Assembly: GCA_026399415.1 (NCBI GenBank)
Contig: JAPLQZ010000213.1
Location: 2,738-66,737 of the forward strand
Length of the DNA: 64,000 bases
Source: Rhodocyclales bacterium
GTDB lineage: Bacteria; Pseudomonadota; Gammaproteobacteria; Burkholderiales; Rhodocyclaceae
Direction: 5' to 3'
The position numbers and the translations under genes were made by a program. The notes beneath the pieces are model-generated. The model made no database searches and was not told where the DNA came from. It saw nothing but the letters and a program-made list of their open reading frames with translations. Shown here one piece after another: positions 49,983 through 60,165 of the stretch. Within the stretch, counting starts at the first letter, position 1, and every line of letters begins with the position of its first letter.

Positions 49983-52672
49983 GGCGATTCCTTTGCGTTG
50001 CCGACATCCACCCGCAATTGCGCTTCCAGGTTCTTGGCCCGGCCGATGTCGTTGATGGTGATGACGACGCCATCGATGACGTTTTCCAGGGTGCGGTAGG
50101 GCATGATCTTGACCTGGAACCAGCGCCCGTCGGAGGTGGCGATCTCGCGCTCGGAGAAGGCCAGTGTGCTCAGCACTTGCGCGGCGTCATCGAGCAGGCC
50201 GGCATAGTGGAGGTCGGTGACGATGTCGGACAGCGGCCGGCCGACATCGCCGGGAATGAGCCTGAAGATCCGCGCCGCCTGGGTAGTGAAGCGCCGCACA
50301 TGCAACGCATTATCGAGAAAGACGGTGGCCATGTCGGTGCTGTTGAGCAGGTTCTTCATGTCGTTGTTGGTTGCCGACAACTCATCCACCTTCGATTGCA
50401 ACTCGGCATTCACGGTCTGCAGTTCCTCGTTGAGGGACTGCATTTCCTCCTTGGAGGTGGTCAGCTCCTCGTTGGTCGACTGCAGCTCTTCATTGGTCGA
50501 TTGCATTTCCTCGTTGGATGACTTGAGCTCCTCCTGCGAGGTCTGCATTTCCTCGCCGCAAGCCTGAATCTCCTCCCGCGCCTCGTTCAGCGCCTGCTCC
50601 AGCTCGGCCACGCGCCGGCCACTGCGCGGAGCAGGCTTGCCGCCGCCGGCATTGTGCGCATCGTGCATTTCCGGGTCATGCGGCGCATCGACATCGGTAA
50701 ACACCACCATCGCCATGCCGCGCAGGGCCTCCGGTTCCGCGACGGGATTCACCGTCAGGTCCACCCGCTGCGTGCCGCCGTTGGTGCCGATGGAAAGATT
50801 GCGGCAAATCACCCGCTCGCCGCTGCGCAGTGCCTTGGGCAAGGCGAGGGCAAGTTCCTGGCGCAGGCCCTCCTTTGCCATCGCATGAATATTCCAGTTC
50901 GCCTTGCCCGCCGCCGGCTCGATGTACTTGCCGGTACGGCCGCTGATGTAGAGCACATCGCCGGCGCCGGTGACCAGTACCGCGGCGGGAGAAAACTGCT
51001 GCAGCAGCAACTGGTCGGCGAGGTCCTGCAGATTGGCTGCGGCCGCTTTGGGTTTAGGGCTCATGGGAGATTCGGCATTCGTCGGAAAGTAACGGGTGGG
51101 GAATTCCAGCTCGAAGGCTCGCAGTGCGGTACTGCTGCGCCAGAACAGACGGGCCTTGCCTTCCAGCGGCGTGAACAGATCCGCGAAGCCGCCGATGGAC
51201 TCGGCGCTGCCGAGCATGAGCAGGCCACCCGGCTTGAGGCTGTAGTGGAACAGAGGCAACAGCTTCTTCTGCAACTCGGGGCCGAGATAGATCAACAGAT
51301 TGCGACACGTCAGGATGTCCAGCTTGGTGAACGGCGGGTCCATGACCACGTTCTGCGGGGCGAACACCACCATCTCGCGGATTTCCTTGCCGACCCGGTA
51401 ACCATTGCCGTCTTCAACGAAAAATCGGTTCAGTCGCTGCGGCGACACGTCGGCCACGATGTTGGCCGGATAGAAAGCCTGGCGCGCCTTGACGATGGCA
51501 TCCGGATCGAGGTCGGTGGCGAAGATCTGCAACTCGTGTCGCACCGGCAGTTTCAGCCGTTCCTGCACTTCGCGGAAGGCGATGGCCAGCGAATAGGCTT
51601 CCTCGCCGGTGGAGCAGCCGGCCACCCAGGCGCGCAGTGTCCCGCCTTCCGCGCAAGAATCGAACAGTGCGGGCAGCGCCTGTTCCTGCAGGTAGGCCCA
51701 AGTCGCCGGATCGCGGAAGAAACTGGTGACGCCGATCAGCAGTTCCTTGAACAGCAGGTCGACTTCCATGGGGTTTTCACGCAGGTAACGCACATAGTCG
51801 GCAATGCGCTTGATCTGGTGTATCGACATGCGGCGCTCGATGCGGCGATAGACCGTGGTTTTCTTGTAGAAAGAAAAATCGTGGCCGGTGCGCGCCCGCA
51901 GCAGAATGCAGATCTTGTCGAAGCCGCTCTTCTGGGCCAGGGTCTCCGTCTCGGGTTCGACGGCACCGGCGGGCGGCCGCGGAGCATGGCGAAGAGTGTC
52001 GGCGATGCGCCGCGGCAGATCCTCCGCCGCCGCGACAATATCGGCTAGGCCGGCATCGATGACACTCTTCGGCATGCTGTCGAACTTGGCGGTCGCCGGA
52101 TCCTGCACCAGCACCAGGCCGCCTTTTTCCTTGATCGCACGCAGGCCCAGCGTGCCGTCCGACCCCATGCCGGAGAGAATGACGCCGACGGCGTGTTCGC
52201 GCCGGTCTTCGGCGAGGGCGCGGAAGAAAAAGTCGATCGGCAGACGCAGGCCCCGCGGCGCGGCGAGTTCGAGCAGGTGGAGGGTGTCATGCAGGATCGA
52301 CAGATCGCGGTTGGGCGGAATCACATAGACGCAGTCGGGCTTGACCTTCATGCGGTTCTTTGCCTGCGCCACCGGCATCTTCGTCGCCCGCTGCAGCAAC
52401 TCGGGCATCATGCCCTTGTGGTTGGGATCGAGATGCTGGATGACCACGAAGGCCATGCCGCTGCCGGCCGGCACGTGGCCAAGGAACTGCTCCAGGGCAT
52501 CGAGGCCGCCCGCCGAGGCGCCGATGGCGACAATGGCGAATGGGCGCACCGCCGGCTCGATGCCCGGTGCGACGTCCGGTTTTGCAGGCTTGGCCGGCGT
52601 GGTGACGGCCTTCACTACGGGGCGCTTGTCTGCGGGTGCCTTGGGTTTGTTCGCTGGTGCCTGTCGGGCCAT
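49979..52672 (-). CDS. CheB/CheR fusion with coiled coil and PAS
   Basis: GASAGG, IQHL, GMGSDG; IGVTSFFRD, GCSTGEEAYS, CRNLLIY; NEELQS heptads. Confidence 0.92.
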   Translation of the reverse strand: MARQAPANKPKAPADKRPVVKAVTTPAKPAKPDVAPGIEPAVRPFAIVAIGASAGGLDALEQFLGHVPAGSGMAFVVIQHLDPNHKGMMPELLQRATKMPVAQAKNRMKVKPDCVYVIPPNRDLSILHDTLHLLELAAPRGLRLPIDFFFRALAEDRREHAVGVILSGMGSDGTLGLRAIKEKGGLVLVQDPATAKFDSMPKSVIDAGLADIVAAAEDLPRRIADTLRHAPRPPAGAVEPETETLAQKSGFDKICILLRARTGHDFSFYKKTTVYRRIERRMSIHQIKRIADYVRYLRENPMEVDLLFKELLIGVTSFFRDPATWAYLQEQALPALFDSCAEGGTLRAWVAGCSTGEEAYSLAIAFREVQERLKLPVRHELQIFATDLDPDAIVKARQAFYPANIVADVSPQRLNRFFVEDGNGYRVGKEIREMVVFAPQNVVMDPPFTKLDILTCRNLLIYLGPELQKKLLPLFHYSLKPGGLLMLGSAESIGGFADLFTPLEGKARLFWRSSTALRAFELEFPTRYFPTNAESPMSPKPKAAAANLQDLADQLLLQQFSPAAVLVTGAGDVLYISGRTGKYIEPAAGKANWNIHAMAKEGLRQELALALPKALRSGERVICRNLSIGTNGGTQRVDLTVNPVAEPEALRGMAMVVFTDVDAPHDPEMHDAHNAGGGKPAPRSGRRVAELEQALNEAREEIQACGEEMQTSQEELKSSNEEMQSTNEELQSTNEELTTSKEEMQSLNEELQTVNAELQSKVDELSATNNDMKNLLNSTDMATVFLDNALHVRRFTTQAARIFRLIPGDVGRPLSDIVTDLHYAGLLDDAAQVLSTLAFSEREIATSDGRWFQVKIMPYRTLENVIDGVVITINDIGRAKNLEAQLRVDVGNAKESP

Positions 52673-52843
52673 AAACTTCCTTCCCGATCATCGGTAAATT
52701 GATCGTATCGCGCCTGACCATAGTTCATTTGGGGGCGACTTGCAAATACGTCGACAAACCCGTTGTGCGCTATAGTCAATAACGACATCGGATGGCACGG
52801 TACGGCTGTTGACGGCTATTCGACTGATTGGGAGATCGCCCCC

Positions 52844-53563
52844 ATGCCCAGCGTTCATGACCCCCGCCAGAACCACCTGCTCGCCGCCCTGCCGGCAGAG
52901 GAATGCGCGCGCCTGCTGCCGTATCTGGAACGGATCGCGCTGCCGCTCGGTCACTCGCTTTACGAGTCCGGCACGCAGATGCGCCACGTCTACTTTCCCA
53001 CCAACGCCATCGTGTCCCTGCTCTACGTCATGGCGGATGGAGCATCGGCCGAAATTGCCGTGGTCGGCAACGAGGGAGTGGTCGGCGTCTCCCTCTTCAT
53101 GGGCGGCGAAACCACGCCCAGCCGGGCCGTCGTGCAAAGCGCCGGTCACGCCTACCGGATGACGGGGGACTTGCTGAAGGGCGAGTTCCATCGCGCCGGC
53201 CCGATGCAGTATTTGTTGCTGCGTTACACCCAGGCGCTGCTGACGCAAATGGCGCAGACCACCGTGTGCAATCGCCATCATTCACTGGACCAGCAGTTCT
53301 GCCGCTGGCTGCTGCTAAGCTCTGACCGCTTGCTCTCCGACGAACTGATCATGACGCAGGAGTTGATCGCCGGCATGCTCGGCGTGGGCCGTGACGGCAT
53401 CACGGCGACCGCCTGCGAAATCCAGAAGGCCGGCTTGATCACCTACCACCGCGGCCACATCACTGTGCTCGATCGTGCGGGCCTGGAAGCGCGGGCCTGC
53501 GAGTGCTATGCGGTGGTCAAGAAGGAGTTCGATCGCCTGCTGCCGGAGGCGATCGCTTCGTAG
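52844..53563 (+). CDS. Crp/Fnr-family regulator (divergent recognition helix)
   Basis: NHLLAALP..GNEG..CNRHH..TQELIAGMLGVGRDGIT..ACECY. Confidence 0.9.
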   Translation: MPSVHDPRQNHLLAALPAEECARLLPYLERIALPLGHSLYESGTQMRHVYFPTNAIVSLLYVMADGASAEIAVVGNEGVVGVSLFMGGETTPSRAVVQSAGHAYRMTGDLLKGEFHRAGPMQYLLLRYTQALLTQMAQTTVCNRHHSLDQQFCRWLLLSSDRLLSDELIMTQELIAGMLGVGRDGITATACEIQKAGLITYHRGHITVLDRAGLEARACECYAVVKKEFDRLLPEAIAS

Positions 53564-53652
53564 CCCGCCTGGGTGCTGTCGCCGTACCGCCAGCACCGAC
53601 TATTGCGGGAGAGTGCGGACCACGTCGACCAACCCGACTGGCACCAGCCCGC

Positions 53653-54459
53653 TCAGCCTGATCGGCGGGCCGAATCCTGCCTGATGCTTGTACCAGACAG
53701 CCCCGCTCGGTTATCAAATGCGGCAGGAGCTACGCCCTCCTGGCGATACTGCACATCGGACAACAGGCGGTTCAATTCCTTCTTGACCACCGCATAGCAC
53801 TCGCAGGCGCGGGACTCCAGTCCCGCTTTGTCGAGCACGGATATGTGGCCGCGGCGGTAACTGATGAACCCCTCGCGCTGCAAGTTTCCGGCGGCCTCGG
53901 TAACACCTTCACGGCGCACCCCGAGCATGCCGGCGATCAGTTCCTGGGTGATGACCAGTTCCCGCGAGGACACCCGATCGTAGGTCAGCAGCAGCCAGCG
54001 GCACAACTGCTGCTCCACCGAATGGTGCCGGTTGCAGGCGGCGGTCTGCGACATCTGCGTCATCAGCGCCTGGGTGTAACGCAGCAACAAACGCTGCATC
54101 AAACTGCCGCGATCGAATTCCTGTTTGAGCCGGCGGCGCTCCAGCCGGTAGGCGTGGCCCGCGGTCTGTACCACGGCCGAGCTCGATGTGGTGTCGCCAC
54201 CCATGAACAGCGAAATGCCGACGACGCCTTCATTGCCCACGCCGGCGGTTTCTGCAGATGCACCGGACTCCGTGACATAGTGCAGCGACACAATCGCGGT
54301 AGTAGGGAAATAGGCGTGTTGCAACTGTGTACCGGGTTCGTAGAGCATCTTGCCGAGCGGTAGCGCAACCAGCTCCAGATGCGCCTCCAGGAGCGCAAAT
54401 TCCGCCTGCGGCAGCGCGGCGAGCAGGTGGTTTTGACTCGAGCTAGGGAGTAACGGCAT
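53653..54459 (-). CDS. Crp/Fnr-family regulator
   Basis: NHLLAALP..CNRHH..TQELIAGMLGVRREGVTEAAG..ACECY. Confidence 0.92.
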   Translation of the reverse strand: MPLLPSSSQNHLLAALPQAEFALLEAHLELVALPLGKMLYEPGTQLQHAYFPTTAIVSLHYVTESGASAETAGVGNEGVVGISLFMGGDTTSSSAVVQTAGHAYRLERRRLKQEFDRGSLMQRLLLRYTQALMTQMSQTAACNRHHSVEQQLCRWLLLTYDRVSSRELVITQELIAGMLGVRREGVTEAAGNLQREGFISYRRGHISVLDKAGLESRACECYAVVKKELNRLLSDVQYRQEGVAPAAFDNRAGLSGTSIRQDSARRSG

Positions 54460-55285
54460 CGCTGTCTTTCGAGATGAGTTCGACACCGATTCCGCGGTAA
54501 CCGATAAAGCGGCAGGACTGGCTGAACATCGGCTCCCCGCTCACCCGAAACTGTTGCTGCGAGCCGTTGGCATTGCTGCGGCTGAACACCAGATCAAGAA
54601 AGGGTTGCCGATCAGCAATGGCTGCCTGCAACACCTCCCGCTCCGCCTGATTCCAGCCCGCAACCCGAATATCGGCTGCCTCTCCCTGCAAGGGATCAAC
54701 CTGGATGCCGAGCATCTCCAGAACCGGGCCGGAGACCTTGGTGAAGCGCCCGTCCTCGTCCTGTTCCCAATACCAGTCGGAGGCCAGTTCGGTGAGGCTG
54801 CGAAAGCGGGCTTCGCTTTCACGCAGTTCGGCGGTGCGCTCCAGCACCGTCTGCTCCAGTACCTTGTTGTAGCTTTCGAGTTTCTTGTACAACAGCCGGA
54901 CTTCCAGCATGTTGTGGATGCGAGTCTTGACTTCGACCAGATCGAAGGGCTTGCTGATGAAATCCTTTGCGCCGGCCTGCAGGGCGCGCAATTTGTGGCC
55001 CGGCTGGGCGGTGAGGACGAGAACCGGCAAGTAGCTTTCGGTAGCGTTGGTCTTGAGCGCTTCCATCACCTGGAATCCATCCATCTCGGGCATCTGCAGG
55101 TCGAGCAGGATCAGGTCGTAGTAATTCTTGCGATGCAGCGCGCAAACCTCCTGCGGCTTCATGGTCGAGGCAACGCAGGTATAGCCGGCTTCGCCCAGCA
55201 GTCGCTCGAGCAGGCTGACATTGGATTCCTGGTCGTCAACGATCAGGATGCTGGCGTTGAGAATGTCGGATTCGGAAAGTTTCAT
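54443..55285 (-). CDS. REC-PAS response regulator
   Basis: IVDDQ..DLQMP; FRSLTELASDWYWEQD..GYRG PAS. Confidence 0.88.
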   Translation of the reverse strand: MKLSESDILNASILIVDDQESNVSLLERLLGEAGYTCVASTMKPQEVCALHRKNYYDLILLDLQMPEMDGFQVMEALKTNATESYLPVLVLTAQPGHKLRALQAGAKDFISKPFDLVEVKTRIHNMLEVRLLYKKLESYNKVLEQTVLERTAELRESEARFRSLTELASDWYWEQDEDGRFTKVSGPVLEMLGIQVDPLQGEAADIRVAGWNQAEREVLQAAIADRQPFLDLVFSRSNANGSQQQFRVSGEPMFSQSCRFIGYRGIGVELISKDSDAVTP

Positions 55286-58200
55286 ACGGGTTCCTCCATG
55301 GCTTCGCTGCCCGATGGCGTTTGCGAAATTTTCAGTGCCGCGTCGAGCGTGTTCATGAACAGGTTGACCTTGATCGGCTTGGTGAGATAGTCGAAGAACC
55401 CTGCCTGGAGGGCCTTCTCGATGTCGTGTGGCACGGCGTTGGCGCTGAGCGCGATGATCGGGATATGCGCCGTCAACGGGTCTGCACGCAGGATCTTCAT
55501 GGCGGCGAGCCCGTTGATGCCGGGCAGGTTGATGTCCATCAGAATCACCTCCGGCAGATAGGTGCGGGCAAACTCGATGCCGAGATTACCGTCCGCCGCG
55601 GAGAGCAGACGCAGATCGGAGCGGCGCGCCACGAGTTGCTCGACCAGTTCCAGATTGGCCGGATTGTCTTCCACATACAGGACGGTGCGCTGCGGCGTGC
55701 CATGCGGCACCAGCGGCCGCATCAGCGCTGCGTGCTCGGCCTCCTCAACTGTAAGCAGCGGTGCAGTGGTCAGACTCAATTCGAACCAGAACTCGCTACC
55801 CACACCGACGCTGCTATTGACGCCAATGGTGCCTCCCATCAGTTCGACCAGGCGCTTGGTAACCACCAACCCGATGCCGGTGCCCTCCTCCGCGCCGGCT
55901 TCCTTGCCGAGGCGGTTGAACGACTGGAAAAGCTGCGCCAGCTGTTCCGGCGACAGTCCGACGCCGGTGTCGCAAATGCTGATGCGGATCGAATCCGGTG
56001 GGCTCAGCATGTACTCCACGGCAACCGTACCTTGGGGCTTGTTGTACTTGATGGCGTTGAACAGCAGGTTGATCAGAACCTGCTTGACCCGGGTCCGGTC
56101 GGCACTGACAAAGTAGGGGAGTTCAAAGCGCGGAAAGGTCATGCCGATGCCGCGCTTCTGTGCCTGCGGCTCAACCATGGCCCGGCACTCGATCATGACC
56201 TCGATCAGCGAGACCGGCTCATGCGACAGCGTCGCCCGGCCCGACTCGATCAGCGCCAGATCGAGGATTTCGTTGATCAGTTCGAGCAGGTACCAACCCG
56301 CCTTGAGAATCTGCTCCAGATTGCGCTGCTGGGCAGGTGTCGGTGCTGGCGCGCCGGATTCCAAAAGTTGGGTGAAACCAAGGATGGCATTGAGCGGCGT
56401 GCGCAATTCATGGCTCATACTGGAAAGAAAATCGGATTTCGCGAGGTTGGCTTTTTCCGCCACGACCCTGGCGCTATCCAACTCGACGTTTCTGTCCTGC
56501 AGCGCCTGATCGAGCCTGGCCCGCTCAGCTTCAACCTGCTTGCGCGCAGTGTTGTCGGTACCGATCAGCAGGTAGCCGATGATGGCGTTTTCAGCATCGC
56601 GCAGCGCCGTGACCGATACCACGGCGGGGAAACGGCTGCCGTCCTTGCGGATGTAGGTCAGCTCGTAGATGTCCTCGATGCCGCGCGAGGCCTTGAACAC
56701 CAGGGCCTCGAAGCCCGGCGTGATCGAGGTTCCGAGTTCGATGCTCAGTGCTTCGGCGCGCGCGATCACTTCCTGCGGATCGGAGATGTCGGCCGGCGTG
56801 ATCTTGTTCATCACGTCCGCCGCGGCATAGCCCAGCATGCGTTCGGCGCCGACGTTGAAGATCTGGATGCGCCGGCCTTGAGCAGCGCTTCTTCGACCTG
56901 CTTGCGCGTGGTGATATCCCGCAAAATGCCGGTGAAGTAACGCTGGCCTCCCAGCCACATTTCGCTTGCCGCTATCTCCAGCGGAAAAGCGCTGCCGTCC
57001 TTGCGCCGGCCCAGGACCTCGCGGCCGAGACCGCTGGCGCGCGCCTCATCGCTGGCGCTGTAATACTCGAGCGAACCATTGCGCTGGTCCTGGTCAAGCT
57101 CGGGTATCAGCAGGCTGAAATTTTTTCCGACGAGTTCTGCGGCGCTATAGCCGAACATGTGCTCGGCGGCCAGGTTGACTGTCTCGACGATGCCGCCGCG
57201 GGCATGAAGGGTGACAATGCCATCCGCCACGGTATTCAGAATCGTCTGGACCAGCGCTGCACTGTCGCGCAAGGCCTGCTGCACGGCATATTCCTTGCTG
57301 ACGTTGCGGAACACCAGAACGGCACCGATCACTTGTCCGTTACGGTCACGAATCGGTGCGCAACTGTCGGCGATCGCGCATTCGCTGCCATCGCGTGCGA
57401 TCAGCAGGGTGTGGTTGGCCAGGCCCTGTATCGTGCCATGCACCAGGGTGTCCATTACCGGTATAAGTGCGGCTTGGCGGGTTTCCTGGTTGATGATGTG
57501 AAAAACCTCCTGCACCGGGCGACCAACCGCTTCCGCCTGCGTCCAACCGGTCAGTTCTTCGGCAACCGGATTCAGGCGCGTCACCCGCGCTTCGGCATCG
57601 GTAGCGATCACTGCGTCGCCGATGGAGTCGAGCGTCACTGCAAGGCTTTCTTCGCTAGCCAGCAAAGTGGTGTTGGCCTGCTGCAGTTGTGTATTCGTCT
57701 TCTCCTGGACCTCAAGCAAATGCTGTGTCTCGAGATGCACCAGATTCCTGAGGCGCTGCTGCGTCTCTCGATGGATCAACCAGGCGAACGCCAGCAGGAG
57801 CAGCATGGCAAACAGGCTGATGATGACGATGAGGGAAAACAGGTGGCGCATGCTGTCTTGAAACTCTGCTTCGCGCTGCGCCAGAACGCCTTCCTCCAGT
57901 CGGAGAAAGCTGCGCATCTCGACCCGAATCGAATCCATCAGCTGCTTGCCCTGACCATCACGCACCAGCGCCAGCGCGCCCGGCAGGTCATGGTTGCGGC
58001 GCAACTCGATGGTTTTCGCCATATGTGCCAATCTGGCATCCATCAACGGCTTGACCGCCTCCAGGTGTTTCAGGGAAGCACCGAGCAGGGTTATTTTGCT
58101 CAATTGCTGCAGATGGGGAGCGATGCCGTCGCGCACCGCGAGGTAGGGTTGCAAAAAGAGCTCATCGCCGGTCAGCACATAGCCGCGCATGCTGGTCTCG

Positions 58201-58397
58201 GCATCTACCATGGAACTCAGCCAATCATCCGCACTGGCGACCACCGCGTTGGTATGCTTGCGCACCGCGGCGGCTTCTTCGATCTGCTGGAAGGTCCAGA
58301 ACGCTACGGCAACACCGAGCGCAGCCAGCAGGATCGCTCCTGCAAGCGCGGCAAGAGATTTGTGGGCAGCTTTCAAGAAGAAATCCCTTTCCACCAT
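55282..58397 (-). pseudogene. CHASE3-PAS x3 hybrid kinase, frameshifted near 56868
   Basis: CHASE3 (DAET..RGY.LTG...FL.PY, G..LMD.IR); ORFs 56811..58397 and 55282..56958 separated by a ~64-nt deletion in the shared PAS module. Confidence 0.78.
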
Positions 58398-58640
58398 GAC
58401 GGCGTGGTCATTACAAATGGCGGAGCCGAAATTTCCTCAAACATGGCTAACCTCTATCAAAGCGCTTTTGGTCCGGCAGATTGCCGGGCCAAAGGCGGGC
58501 ATGGCACCGCGCCTACTTATACGCTCATGCCGCACAAAATACGGGAGTCCTTGATCGCCGGCGCCGATGCGCTTGCATTCCGTCCGCAGGTGAGTTCTCG
58601 GGCCCGAAGCCCGATGGTGCCGATCGAGCCTTCGATCTTC

Positions 58641-58656
58641 TGTGCGCTAGCGCACA
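58641..58656 (-). promoter_or_regulatory. Perfect palindrome TGTGCGCTAGCGCACA; CACCAT at 58619 (-)
   Basis: Upstream of the kinase-REC-Crp operon. Confidence 0.78.
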
Positions 58657-58697
58657 TACACCGGGAAAAACAGCACCGGCACATGCGCCGGCACCGC

Positions 58698-59348
58698 TCA
58701 CCACGCCCCCAGCGGAGTGCTGAAGTAGAGCCCGAAGACGGCGAAACGGTTGTAGTCCTGATAGCGCGGGACATAGACCAGATTCACTTTCACCGGGCCG
58801 AAATCATAGGTAACACGTGGAATCGGCGCGATAAAGCCACGACCGTTGTTGTAGGTCGGGCTGTGGATGGCCAGCAGATCGGCCCCCACCCGCCAGCGCT
58901 CGCCGAACTTGAACTGGTATCCCGCTCCGGCAATCTTGGTCCAGTTGCGCCCCGAGTCCTTGAAAAATCCGGTTTGCAGCGTTGCCACGCCCAGAGCATC
59001 ATTGTGAAACTCGTAATTGAGTCCGAGCCCGATATTGAGTTCGTTGTCCAGGTGACGGTCACGGGTACCCGCCCGATCGGTGTGGTAGGAAAGTCCGAAG
59101 ACATTCAGATTGAGTTGGAGCCGGGAATTTTCCGGCCGGATTCCTTGCGGGTGATCCACGCTTGCCGCAATGGAGGTGGCGGCGGGCCGGACCGCCGACG
59201 GAGCGTCGACGCTGGCGCCGGCGGCAACGCTCTTGGGGACCGCACTGGCGAGAGTCGGTTCAGGTTTGCGCTCCAAAGCGCCGCACCCGCCCAAAGCCAG
59301 GGCGAGTGCGAAAGTCGGCAGCCAGCGACAGGCGAAATGTCTGGACAT
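58698..59348 (-). CDS. Lipoprotein with PagP-like beta-barrel
   Basis: Lipobox LGGC; SYH..NE.N.GLG..FFKDS..W..IAG.GY resembles PagP motifs. Confidence 0.55.
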   Translation of the reverse strand: MSRHFACRWLPTFALALALGGCGALERKPEPTLASAVPKSVAAGASVDAPSAVRPAATSIAASVDHPQGIRPENSRLQLNLNVFGLSYHTDRAGTRDRHLDNELNIGLGLNYEFHNDALGVATLQTGFFKDSGRNWTKIAGAGYQFKFGERWRVGADLLAIHSPTYNNGRGFIAPIPRVTYDFGPVKVNLVYVPRYQDYNRFAVFGLYFSTPLGAW

Positions 59349-59390
59349 GAGCAGGCGCTCCGGTTGTGGCGCAAGCGATGAGTCGCCTGC

Positions 59391-59675
59391 CTAGATTTGC
59401 GACTTGAAGTAGCGGAAGGAGTGCGTAAATGCGTCACGCATTTTTTCCATTTCCGCGACCATCGCTTCCCATGTACTTTCACCGGCAAGCTTGATTTCCT
59501 CCAGCTTGGCGACGGCCAGTTTGGACTGGTGACGCAGCTTCTTCATTTCTTCCCTGTACTTGTCGCGCACATCGGCCTTCGCCTCCTGTGCCCGGGCGTC
59601 AAGTTCGTTCATCTTCACGTTCAACTCGTCAAGTTGAAGTTTCATTTTCGCGATATAGGCATTTTGTCTGGACAT
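59391..59675 (-). CDS. Coiled-coil small protein (sll1863-like)
   Basis: AYIAKMKLQLDEL..AGESTWE..FHYFKS-like C-terminus. Confidence 0.78.
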   Translation of the reverse strand: MSRQNAYIAKMKLQLDELNVKMNELDARAQEAKADVRDKYREEMKKLRHQSKLAVAKLEEIKLAGESTWEAMVAEMEKMRDAFTHSFRYFKSQI

Positions 59676-59755
59676 GATGATTTACCTTGCTGTAGAAAGA
59701 CTTTGGGCCGAGGATGGCCGGAATCAGCAGGCTATCCGGAACAAGGCAGAAGTCA

Positions 59756-59771
59756 TGTGCGTTGGCGCACA
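59756..59771. promoter_or_regulatory. Operator TGTGCG-TTGG-CGCACA; TATAGT at 59792 (+), TAGCCT at 59734 (-)
   Basis: Lies between divergent genes. Confidence 0.78.
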
Positions 59772-59840
59772 TAGCGGAAGTCCAATTCATTTATAGTTCG
59801 GTCGATCCATGAAGCACACGTCGGCGAACGGGAGAACGAA

Positions 59841-60128
59841 ATGATTCGATACTGGAAAAAATTCCTGCTGGTGTTGGCCCTGTACGGCACGTGCGCCGCG
59901 GCCCAGACCGGACGCGGCGAACTGCTGTACACGACCTATTGCGTCGCCTGCCACACCGAGCAGTTGCACTGGCGCGAGAAGCTGGTCGCGACGAACTGGA
60001 CCCGGCTTGTCGCCGAAGTACGCCGCTGGCAAATCAACGGCAATCTGGATTGGAGCAATGACGACACCGACGCTGTCGCGCGCTACCTCAACGACCTGCA
60101 CTACCATCACCCGTCGCCGGAGAAGTAG
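59841..60128 (+). CDS. Monoheme c-type cytochrome
   Basis: Signal peptide; RGELLY..CVACH; V.RWQ..L.W..VA.YLN. Confidence 0.85.
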   Translation: MIRYWKKFLLVLALYGTCAAAQTGRGELLYTTYCVACHTEQLHWREKLVATNWTRLVAEVRRWQINGNLDWSNDDTDAVARYLNDLHYHHPSPEK

Positions 60129-60165
60129 CGCCGAATCCGGTTCTCCGCATACTTCTCGGCAAGCC

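Noticed and set aside
52764-52815. Half-sites TGTGCG and GGTACG upstream of crp copy 1
   Set aside because: No matching second arm at N4 spacing; not counted as operators.
57159-59381. 740-aa + strand ORF
   Set aside because: Antisense to the CHASE3 kinase and PagP-like gene; no domain signal.
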